Source of the DNA: a virus
UHGV virus genome: UHGV-1968440
Strand: one strand, 5' to 3'
Length of the DNA: 14,431 bases
In this document: piece after piece, positions 6,047 to 13,016 of the stretch
Numbering within the stretch: the first letter of the stretch is position 1
Layout of the letters: each line of letters starts with the position of its first letter
The notes under the pieces: generated by a model
Database searches by the model: none
Told to the model about the DNA's origin: nothing
Seen by the model: the letters and a program-made list of their open reading frames with translations, nothing else
Position numbers and translations under genes: made by a program

Positions 6047-8883
6047 ATGAGTTTGCATGGAGCTGGAATGAACCACGGCCAGCCATTGATCCGGCCAGAT
6101 TTACGGAGCACAGGCAGGAAACTGAAACCGACCTGCAACGCGCCATCCGTTACTACCTTGAGGCAGACAAAAAGGCTCTGGAAGAACAGGAAGCGAAGGA
6201 GGAAGCCTTTTTCGCACAATCCACCGTGGGTAAAAAACTCATGGCATCCCTTGAGGAAGCCGGACAGCGTGAAAAGCTGGCACAAAGCATCATCAGCAAG
6301 CGTCAGGCAACAGAACAAGACCCGGTGGCCCGTGCTTTTGCCACACTGAAGGTGCTTCCCGTTTATCTGCGTAAACCTCTGAGCCGCCACCTCTCTTTCC
6401 TGCGCAAAAAACAGGAAGCCGATCGCCAGAAAGGCAAAAAGAGCTGGCAGGCTGAACGCTACGCGCGCGGAACCCTGCGCAAAATATTCGAACGCCTGGA
6501 CCGCACCGACCACCGCTGGCTGACACCGGGTTATCGCTCCCTTGCCGGACGCGAACGCCTGGATGATTTGCTTTACCTGCCGCAGCTCAACAAGCACCAG
6601 ATACAGACGCTGGCCACCATGACGGCGGCGATGTTCAGCAGCACCTTCGAAAAACTCTGCGATGGCTTTGGCGCGACCGATGGTGAGCTGACCATGGATG
6701 TAACGCTGAAGGCGTATCAGATGCTGGCCCGCATGGCGTTACACCTGCACGCCATGCCTCCACATTATGACGCACTGACAACAGACAAAGACCGGAGGAA
6801 CGAACCGGACACGGAGCTGCTGCCGGGCGCAACCCTTCGCCTGACCTGTGCGGAATGGTGGAAACGCAAACTGTGGCTGTTACGTTGCGAGTGGCGGGAA
6901 GAACAACTCCGCGCCGCCTGTCTGGTTTCCAGAAAAACATCACCCTATCTGAGCCAGGACGCGTTAAGCGAGTTTCGCGCACAGCGCGAGAAAACACGCG
7001 ATTTCCTGAAAAGTTTCATGCTGGAAAATGAAGACGGGTTCACGATTGATCTCGAGACGGTGTATTACGCGGGAGTAAGTAACCCGGTTCACCGTAAGGC
7101 AGAAATGATGGCCACCATGAAGGGGCTGGAACTTCTGGCCGAAGCCCGTGGCGACAGAGCGGTGTTTCTGACTGTCACCTGCCCGTCAAAATACCACGCA
7201 ACAACGGAGAACGGTCATCCGAATCCCAAATGGAACGGGGCCACAATGCGCGACTCCAGCGATTACCTGGTTAACACGTTTTTTGCGGCGGTCCGCAAAA
7301 AACTGAACCGCGACGGCCTGCGCTGGTATGGCATCCGCACGGTGGAGCCTCACCATGACGGCACTGTGCACTGGCATATGATGGTCTTTGCACATCCGGA
7401 CGAGATTGAAACCATCGTGTCCCACGTCTGCGATATTGCCATTCAGGAAGACCGCCACGAGCTGGGCGATGACATAACTCCGCGTTTTAAGGCGGAGTAC
7501 GTCGACGGCTCAAAAGGCACGCCAACCAGCTACATCGCCACCTACATCGGAAAGAACCTGGACAGCCGCGCCGTGGATGGCATCGACCCGAAAACGGGCA
7601 AGCCACGCGTTGACCACGAAACAGGTAAATCAATGGCCGAGAGCGTGGAGCGCGCCATCGGCTGGGCGCGCCTTCACCGGGTCCGTCAGTTCCAGTTCTT
7701 TGGCATCCCCTCCCGTCAGGTGTGGCGTGAACTGCGCCGCCTTGCCAGCCAGATGGCACGCAATCCGGAAGGCCCGCAACGGCTGAAGGATGACGCAATG
7801 GACGCGGTACTCGCTGCCGCTGATGCCGGATGTTTTGCCACCTACATTGAGAAACAGGGTGGCGTACTTGTTCCACGCAAAGACTACCTGATTCGCACCG
7901 CCTACGACCTCGCAGATGAGCTGAACGATTACGGTGAACAGAGCGTACAGATTTACGGGATCTGGTCGCCGCTCATTGGGGAGTCTTCCCGCGTATGCAC
8001 GCATCCGGATAACTGGAAGCTGGTAAGACGCAAACCGGAAGCGGAAGACAGCGCCCGCGAAAATGGTTTTGACCTTCAGGGCGGCCCTGCCGCCCCTTGG
8101 ACTCGTGGCAATAACTGTCCCCGTGTACAGGAAACAGGCAACAACGGGACAGAACAGCCGGAAGAACGGCCAGCACCGTGGCCGCAGCTTCCTGACGGCG
8201 TTGAAGTAAATGAATGGATGCGCTCACTGAAACGGCACGAACGCCGGGCGCTGATGCGTTCGCTTCGTGACAAACAGGCAAAAAACAGCAGCGATGAAAT
8301 GCAGAACTGGACACAGAGCCGCAAACAGCAGCGGCCTTTGCCTGATAACCACGAGTTACTCGCTAAAGAATGGCGGGAGTCTGCTGAATCTCTCGGCCTG
8401 CATATCGGTGAACAACAGATGCAGCACCTGTTACGGGGCGGCAGTCTGTACGTTGACGGCAGCATCATTGCACCGCAGGGATTTGAAATTGTACGCAAAC
8501 CGGATACCCGCCCGGACAGCCGAATCACGCAGCTCTGGCAGCGTCTGAGCCGTAATCATGGCGTAAGCAGCACGGAGATCCGCCATAACCCGGTCGCCAG
8601 CTATCTGGCACAGCTGGGGGCATCAGACCCTGAAGCCGCCGCACGCCTGGCATCCACACTTCAGCAGGACCAGAACACCATGAAAACACCCGTTACCGTG
8701 CTTTCTGACATGCTGCGCGCCATCCGCGACGCAGAGCACGCACAGAGAATCAGTGAAACCACTGAACGCGCCAGCCGCAAAGCAGACCTGCTGCGGGGTG
8801 GCCTGACCAGTGGAAACAAAAAACAGACAGAAACGGGACTCACGAATCCCGTAAATGAGCAAAAAACGCGCAGCGATATATGA
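6043..8883 (+). CDS. A: Rolling-circle replication initiator, P2 gpA-type HUH endonuclease
   Basis: Track ORF 6016..8883; likely start MNEFAWSW at 6043. HUH metal-binding motif VHWHMMVF (codons 7366..7389) and a paired-tyrosine motif YIATYIGKN (7531..7557), as in phiX174 gpA / P2 gpA-type initiators. Last large gene of the early operon. ~946 aa, longer than P2 gpA as I recall it (~760 aa). Confidence 0.85.
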   Translation: MNEFAWSWNEPRPAIDPARFTEHRQETETDLQRAIRYYLEADKKALEEQEAKEEAFFAQSTVGKKLMASLEEAGQREKLAQSIISKRQATEQDPVARAFATLKVLPVYLRKPLSRHLSFLRKKQEADRQKGKKSWQAERYARGTLRKIFERLDRTDHRWLTPGYRSLAGRERLDDLLYLPQLNKHQIQTLATMTAAMFSSTFEKLCDGFGATDGELTMDVTLKAYQMLARMALHLHAMPPHYDALTTDKDRRNEPDTELLPGATLRLTCAEWWKRKLWLLRCEWREEQLRAACLVSRKTSPYLSQDALSEFRAQREKTRDFLKSFMLENEDGFTIDLETVYYAGVSNPVHRKAEMMATMKGLELLAEARGDRAVFLTVTCPSKYHATTENGHPNPKWNGATMRDSSDYLVNTFFAAVRKKLNRDGLRWYGIRTVEPHHDGTVHWHMMVFAHPDEIETIVSHVCDIAIQEDRHELGDDITPRFKAEYVDGSKGTPTSYIATYIGKNLDSRAVDGIDPKTGKPRVDHETGKSMAESVERAIGWARLHRVRQFQFFGIPSRQVWRELRRLASQMARNPEGPQRLKDDAMDAVLAAADAGCFATYIEKQGGVLVPRKDYLIRTAYDLADELNDYGEQSVQIYGIWSPLIGESSRVCTHPDNWKLVRRKPEAEDSARENGFDLQGGPAAPWTRGNNCPRVQETGNNGTEQPEERPAPWPQLPDGVEVNEWMRSLKRHERRALMRSLRDKQAKNSSDEMQNWTQSRKQQRPLPDNHELLAKEWRESAESLGLHIGEQQMQHLLRGGSLYVDGSIIAPQGFEIVRKPDTRPDSRITQLWQRLSRNHGVSSTEIRHNPVASYLAQLGASDPEAAARLASTLQQDQNTMKTPVTVLSDMLRAIRDAEHAQRISETTERASRKADLLRGGLTSGNKKQTETGLTNPVNEQKTRSDI

Positions 8884-8928
8884 GGCGCGCACAAAACAGG
8901 CAAAAACGGGATTTCAGAATCCCGTAAA
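8821..8928. repeat. Two copies of a ~35-bp iterated dyad element (parC-like centromere/operator or ori-associated site)
   Basis: AAACAGRCARAAACGGGAYTYASGAATCCCGTAAA at 8821..8855 and 8893..8928; each copy contains the inverted pair ACGGGA/TCCCGT; spacing ~72 bp. Copy 1 lies inside the 3' end of the A gene, copy 2 in the parM upstream region. Confidence 0.6.
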
Positions 8929-8959
8929 CGATTAATTAATCAACATAAGGAAAACCGAC

Positions 8960-9919
8960 ATGAAAATTTACATCGACGACGGCTCCACCAACATCAAGCT
9001 GGCATGGACTGAGAACGGCGAACGCCGCAACGCCATCAGCCCGAACAGCTTCAAGTCGGAATGGTCTGCGCCGTTCGGTGGCTCGCAGCCTGCTAACTAC
9101 ATGCTTGATGGCGTGCGCTATGGTTTTGATCCGGTCAGCGATCGCTTTGTCCAGACGACCGACACGCAATACCAGTACAGCGATGTGAATGTCATTGCCA
9201 TTCATCACGCGCTGGTCAAATCAGACATCACGCCACAGGAAGTGGATGTGGTTGTTACCCTGCCACTGAGCGAATATTTCGACACAAACGCACAGCCGGA
9301 CATGGCCAACATCAACCGCAAAAAAGCGAACGTCATGCGCCCGGTGGAGTACCAGAACGGCGAAGCATTCACTATCCGTAACGTACGGGTTATGCCTGAA
9401 TCCATTCCGGCTGGCTTTAAAGCACTGGCTGACATGAGTCCGTTTGAATCCCTGCTGATTGTGGATTTGGGCGGAACCACGCTGGATGTGGCAAAGGTTC
9501 AGGGGCAACTGGCAGGTATCAGCCAGGTGTTTTGCGATCCACACGTAGGCGTTTCTCTTATGGCCGATGCCGTACTGTCGGTGATGGCCACTAACGGTAT
9601 GCGCACCAGTCACCACATCGCCAATACCATTATCGAACATCGCCATAATGAAGCCTGGCTGCGCCAGCACATCCACAATGACGCGCATTACGCCAGCCTG
9701 ATGGCGGTTATTCGTGAAAAGGAAGAAACACTGAAACAACGCGTGATCCGCGCGCTGGCGGTTTTTTCGGGTTACGGGCGGGTGATGGTTGTCGGTGGCG
9801 GGGCGGAGATTGTGGCACCCGCTATCCGCGAAGCCTGCGGAGTTAATGCGACTTTCATCGCGGACGGGGTGCCACAGTTTGCTCTGGTTAATGGGCTGTA
9901 CGCAATGGACAAGGAGTAA
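8960..9919 (+). CDS. parM: ParM/StbA-like actin-type segregation ATPase
   Basis: 319-aa ORF. N-terminal MKIYIDDGSTNIKLAW, then SPNSFK, YSDVNV, HHAL, MPESIPAGF, DLGGTTLDV, GVSL, VVGGGAE and LVNGLYAM match, in order, the motifs I recall from plasmid R1 ParM (actin/ASKHA fold). SD-like AGGA 8 nt upstream of the ATG. Confidence 0.85.
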   Translation: MKIYIDDGSTNIKLAWTENGERRNAISPNSFKSEWSAPFGGSQPANYMLDGVRYGFDPVSDRFVQTTDTQYQYSDVNVIAIHHALVKSDITPQEVDVVVTLPLSEYFDTNAQPDMANINRKKANVMRPVEYQNGEAFTIRNVRVMPESIPAGFKALADMSPFESLLIVDLGGTTLDVAKVQGQLAGISQVFCDPHVGVSLMADAVLSVMATNGMRTSHHIANTIIEHRHNEAWLRQHIHNDAHYASLMAVIREKEETLKQRVIRALAVFSGYGRVMVVGGGAEIVAPAIREACGVNATFIADGVPQFALVNGLYAMDKE

Positions 9920-9923
9920 ACCA

Positions 9924-10235
9924 ATGACGACACCAACCAGACGGATAAGTTTCTATCTGAAGCCCGCCGCCGTCAAGAACGAAGGAGAAGCATGCGCCTG
10001 GCTGGACAGCCTTACACCAGAAGCCCGCAAAAGCGGCCAACGCGTGGCTTTTCTGGCCGGGCTGGCACTTCTGAAGACGAATCCGGCAGAGGCTTACCGA
10101 CTGGCCGCATGGGCTGATGATGAGATGTTACCTGTGACACAAATCAGCTCAAAAAAGTTTGAAGCACAGTCTGCACCAGTGGCTAAGATAACCAGCCAGA
10201 TGGCTGGGAATATCCGGGCGTTATTTCCTGAGTAA
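9924..10235 (+). CDS. parR: ParR/StbB-like centromere-binding adaptor
   Basis: Track ORF 9789..10235 is an upstream-extended version; ATG at 9924 has SD AAGGAG (9911..9916) and follows the parM stop by 4 nt. Translation MTTPTRRISFYLKPAAVKNEGEACAWLDSLTPEARKSGQRVAFLAGLALL parallels the N-terminal region of R1 ParR as recalled (RTIAFKLNP...LDSIPQGERSRLNRAALTAGLAL). Confidence 0.75.
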   Translation: MTTPTRRISFYLKPAAVKNEGEACAWLDSLTPEARKSGQRVAFLAGLALLKTNPAEAYRLAAWADDEMLPVTQISSKKFEAQSAPVAKITSQMAGNIRALFPE

Positions 10236-10355
10236 AAGCATCTGCGCGAAAAATGCTCACGTTTATAGAGACAGTATCATTCCATTTGGCACACTTACTT
10301 CAATAATCGATCTGTTAAACAAATAGATTGTCTATTATCTATCGATTAAAACGAT

Positions 10356-10420
10356 CAATTATCTTGACAGTAATGTGCCTTTTTGTAAGATCGTTCGCAT
10401 TGTGAGCGACAAGATAATTG
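10356..10420 (+). promoter_or_regulatory. Sigma70-like promoter bracketed by 11-bp inverted repeats (operator-controlled promoter)
   Basis: TTGACA at 10364..10369, 16-bp spacer, TAAGAT at 10386..10391. Flanked by CAATTATCTTG (10356..10366) and its inverse CAAGATAATTG (10410..10420). A 15-bp palindrome AATAGATTGTCTATT (10322..10336) lies just upstream. Confidence 0.5.
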
Positions 10421-10441
10421 CGCGGCATTGTCCATGCAAAA

Positions 10442-10469
10442 CGCCCCAATAGCAGCAACTATTGGGGCG
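10442..10469. other. Perfect 11-bp stem hairpin in the leader of the 89-aa gene
   Basis: cgccccaatag / ctattggggcg with 6-nt loop. On the minus strand it is followed by TTTTG, so it could act as a leftward terminator or as an RNA/DNA structural element. Confidence 0.45.
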
Positions 10470-10599
10470 TAAAACTCGGTCGGGCTCACTTAACCTGATA
10501 TGCGTGCCTTCCGAAGTAAATCAAAATGTGCGTCGTATATTTTATTGCTTACACGCACCTCTGTAAAGGCACGCATATTTTTCCTATGAGGTAAATAAA

Positions 10600-10869
10600 G
10601 TGCGGGCTAAAACAGGTATTTGCAAGAACCCTCATCGTTATAATCCAACATTTCTGTCTCTCCCTGAATATCAAGGACAAGAAGGTCGGCACAAATGCGC
10701 TGCCTGTGCTTTTGAGCTAGGCATAAAAGATGCGCTTGAAGGACGCGCTATGGCTCAGAATGATTTAGTTTTAGCTAACATTCCGTTTAGCCAGGCTGGA
10801 ACTGTAAGGCACAGAGATGCCTATGAAGCATATGTTCGTGGTTGGCGATTAATAAACAGCAACAATTGA
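10600..10869 (+). CDS. Hypothetical small Cys/His-containing protein (accessory island cargo)
   Basis: 89-aa ORF with GTG start; SD GAGGT at 10588..10592. Residues C8, H12, C34, C37 (CKNPH ... HKCAACAF) could form a small metal-binding site. Followed by a clear intrinsic terminator. Confidence 0.5.
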   Translation: MRAKTGICKNPHRYNPTFLSLPEYQGQEGRHKCAACAFELGIKDALEGRAMAQNDLVLANIPFSQAGTVRHRDAYEAYVRGWRLINSNN

Positions 10870-10877
10870 TACTTTTG

Positions 10878-10901
10878 AAGCGCCGATAAGGCGCTTTTTT
10901 T
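10878..10901 (+). terminator. Rho-independent terminator after the 89-aa gene
   Basis: Stem aagcgcc/ggcgctt with loop gataa, followed by TTTTT (10897..10901); starts 9 nt after the stop codon. Confidence 0.7.
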
Positions 10902-11294
10902 GTTTGCACGATAGTGCACAAGTTTGCACAATTTTTTTGAACGACTTTTTGTACTTCCGGCCCGCGTGGTGGCTGGATCCGTCAAGGATCCGTACGTGCA
11001 CAAAAAAACGCGTTTTTTCTGCGCGCAGGTGACGGGGGAACAGCCCGCGTTTCAGGGGGTAAATAGCATTCCCTGAACGATGTCGCAGAGACACAACAGA
11101 ATGGCCATATTTCTCACGCTGAGCATGAAAAAGGCGTGAGGGCTTTTGATTTGATGGGGTGAAAGGTAAGGCCGTCAAAATCGCACTGAGGCAGCGAGAA
11201 CATACAGTCAACGCGGTGGAATTGCGTAAGAGTCTGACCGTCGATGGTGGCGATAAACTGGAAGGCGTCGTGAAATTATCTGATTGATACAGGA

Positions 11295-11339
11295 GCTGCT
11301 TCGCCGGGGCATAAATTTTTTATGCCCCGGCGAAGCAGC
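11295..11339. repeat. Perfect 21-bp inverted repeat (45-bp palindrome)
   Basis: gctgcttcgccggggcataaa / tttatgccccggcgaagcagc around a 3-nt centre; GC-rich arms with an AT-rich centre; no flanking T-tract on either strand; ~90 bp upstream of the 174-aa gene. Confidence 0.7.
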
Positions 11340-11430
11340 AGACAAGCGAAGCGCGTCAGCGATACGGCACCTTGCCGACCATACTTCATAAGTGCAAAAT
11401 ACGAGCAAAGAAATCAATGGAGGCTGTCTT

Positions 11431-11955
11431 ATGGTCATTAATTACAAGCAGTTAAGAGAAAAACGGGAGCAGGTAAAGGAGAGCTTTCGCCGCAATGAAG
11501 ATCTGACCCCGCTTGTACGCCTTGCCCAGGGCATTGTTGATGCTTATGAAATCTCGCTGGAGCTGCCATCACAGACCTGGACAGATAGCGACGGTAATCG
11601 CCAGCATTACGTTTCATGCGGACTGGAAGCAGCCGAAGGATTTCGCAGAATGCCTTTATCCCAGATCCCTGCCGCTACCCCCAAAGCACGGGGCAGCAAT
11701 GATGAGCGAAAACTGACTTTTAGTATTGAAACGGTGGTTGACGACACACCTGGCGAAGTCGCGTTCGTGCACACGCCTGTTTCGATCGCAATGTATAACG
11801 ATGAAATACAGGTTCGCGTTAATAATAATATCGTGCCACTTAAAGAAGGTAATTCACCCTACACCACCGTTTGTGAAGCCATTCAATATTACGTTCTCTC
11901 TGAAATTGATAATCTCAAGCCTGACGGCACCCAGAAAATGGTTCAACTCTGGTAA
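11431..11955 (+). CDS. Hypothetical protein (orphan cargo gene adjacent to the portal gene)
   Basis: Track ORF 11392..11955; ATG at 11431 with SD GGAGG (11419..11423) at 7 nt; ~174 aa; no motif I can recognise; convergent with the portal gene. Confidence 0.6.
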   Translation: MVINYKQLREKREQVKESFRRNEDLTPLVRLAQGIVDAYEISLELPSQTWTDSDGNRQHYVSCGLEAAEGFRRMPLSQIPAATPKARGSNDERKLTFSIETVVDDTPGEVAFVHTPVSIAMYNDEIQVRVNNNIVPLKEGNSPYTTVCEAIQYYVLSEIDNLKPDGTQKMVQLW

Positions 11956-11961
11956 AAAGGA

Positions 11962-11986
11962 CAGCCCCATCACGGGGCTGTTTTTT
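11962..11986. terminator. Bidirectional intrinsic terminator between convergent genes
   Basis: Stem cagcccc/ggggctg (11962..11980) followed by TTTTTT on the plus strand and by CCTTTTTAC on the minus strand; overlaps the last codons of the portal gene. Confidence 0.7.
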
Positions 11987-13016
11987 CATCAAGAAGAGCA
12001 TAAGAGTTAAAACGGATCACCTCTTCGCCAAGCCAGTCATTGATGTGCTTCATAGCCTCCATGACGGGCATCAGCTCGTTAATTGCGTAAACCCGCGCTG
12101 CCTTCTCCACATCGCCAAACGCACTTTTTTCGCCCGGCATCGCCCCCATCAGTTGCGGCGGAACGCGGTGCGCAGCCAGCACATCATCACGGGATGCCGC
12201 CTTAACATTCATGAATTCATCTTTTGCGGTGATCTGCTGGAACGGCAAAATTTGCACCCCCTCTTTGCCCCCGTTGGGCGCATGAATGAGCACGTTTTTA
12301 AACGCACCACCACCACGTGCCCCCTGTAGCGTTTCTTTCAGGGAGTCCATGCTTTCGCGGTTTACCTGCGCTGCACCGATGTAGATGATGCACCCGGCGT
12401 GGGATCCGTTGTCGTAGTACAGTTTTCTGAACATGTCCGCCGAATGAGAAAGGCTGGCCGAGAGTAATGCGCCAAGATATTCCGGCATGCCGTAGATTTC
12501 CTGGTTAATATCCGGATTCATCAGGTGGCACACTTTGCCAGGACGAAACTGAAACGCGTCCTTGCCATCCTGCACATACCACCATGATTCAAGATCGCTT
12601 CCGCGTCGCATGTATTTCGCCAGGGCGTGCCGTAATTTAAGCGGTTCGCCGAGCATATTGCTTCGAAGCTCAAGGAATGCGTTACCGAACACAAACCAGT
12701 CCAGCGCCAGCGCCGAGAAATCCTGCCGGGAAAGCAGCGGGTGCGGGATGTAGCAACCGAGTAATACATTGCGCTTAAAGTAAAGCGCAGACTGATGCCA
12801 GGACGTTTGCCGGGCTGCTCTTGCCAGACCGTACCAGTCCACCGGGGTTTCATACCACCGCCCGTTATCAGCACAGTACATATTGTCCAGCAGGTCATGC
12901 CCGGTCAGGCGATAAGGACCATCAAATGTGAATGCACTGAGCGATGATTCTTTCCTGAGCGCATCAGCGAGATCAATGCGTGAACTCATGCGCACTTTTT
13001 TATTTTTTCTGCTCAT
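11970..13016 (-). CDS. Q: Portal protein, P2 gpQ-like
   Basis: 348-aa ORF beginning MSRKNKKVRMSS; segments GRWYETP, LESWWYVQ, HLMNPDINQEIYGMPEYL, YYDNGSHAG, SRDDVLAAHRVPPQLMG, GDVEKAARVY and NDWLGEEVIRFN resemble P2 gpQ as I recall it. Start overlaps the stop of the upstream terminase gene (ATGA at 13014..13018). Confidence 0.8.
   Translation of the reverse strand: MSRKNKKVRMSSRIDLADALRKESSLSAFTFDGPYRLTGHDLLDNMYCADNGRWYETPVDWYGLARAARQTSWHQSALYFKRNVLLGCYIPHPLLSRQDFSALALDWFVFGNAFLELRSNMLGEPLKLRHALAKYMRRGSDLESWWYVQDGKDAFQFRPGKVCHLMNPDINQEIYGMPEYLGALLSASLSHSADMFRKLYYDNGSHAGCIIYIGAAQVNRESMDSLKETLQGARGGGAFKNVLIHAPNGGKEGVQILPFQQITAKDEFMNVKAASRDDVLAAHRVPPQLMGAMPGEKSAFGDVEKAARVYAINELMPVMEAMKHINDWLGEEVIRFNSYALLDEKTAP

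Noticed and set aside
6293-8528. Multiple minus-strand and alternative-frame ORFs inside the A gene (e.g. 6635..6997, 7487..7876, 7630..8004, 8076..8528)
   Set aside because: All lie inside the strongly supported initiator coding sequence, have Arg/Cys/Pro-rich compositions typical of antisense frames in GC-rich DNA, and lack ribosome-binding sites.
9789-9923. Upstream 45-codon extension of the ParR-like ORF given by the track
   Set aside because: It overlaps the 3' end of parM in another frame, whereas the ATG at 9924 has a consensus AAGGAG ribosome-binding site and aligns with the ParR N-terminus.
10849-11438. Minus-strand ORFs 10849..11211 and 11208..11438 in the repeat-rich spacer
   Set aside because: Arg/Ser/Cys-rich junk-like translations crossing palindromes and the plus-strand terminator; no start context; the region is better explained as non-coding.
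10902-11969. Canonical P2/186 cos site (GGCGAGGCGGGGAAAGCAC-type) next to the portal gene
   Set aside because: No close match found by eye on either strand; only a weak G-rich resemblance near 11030..11050. Not annotated as a feature, only flagged as a question.
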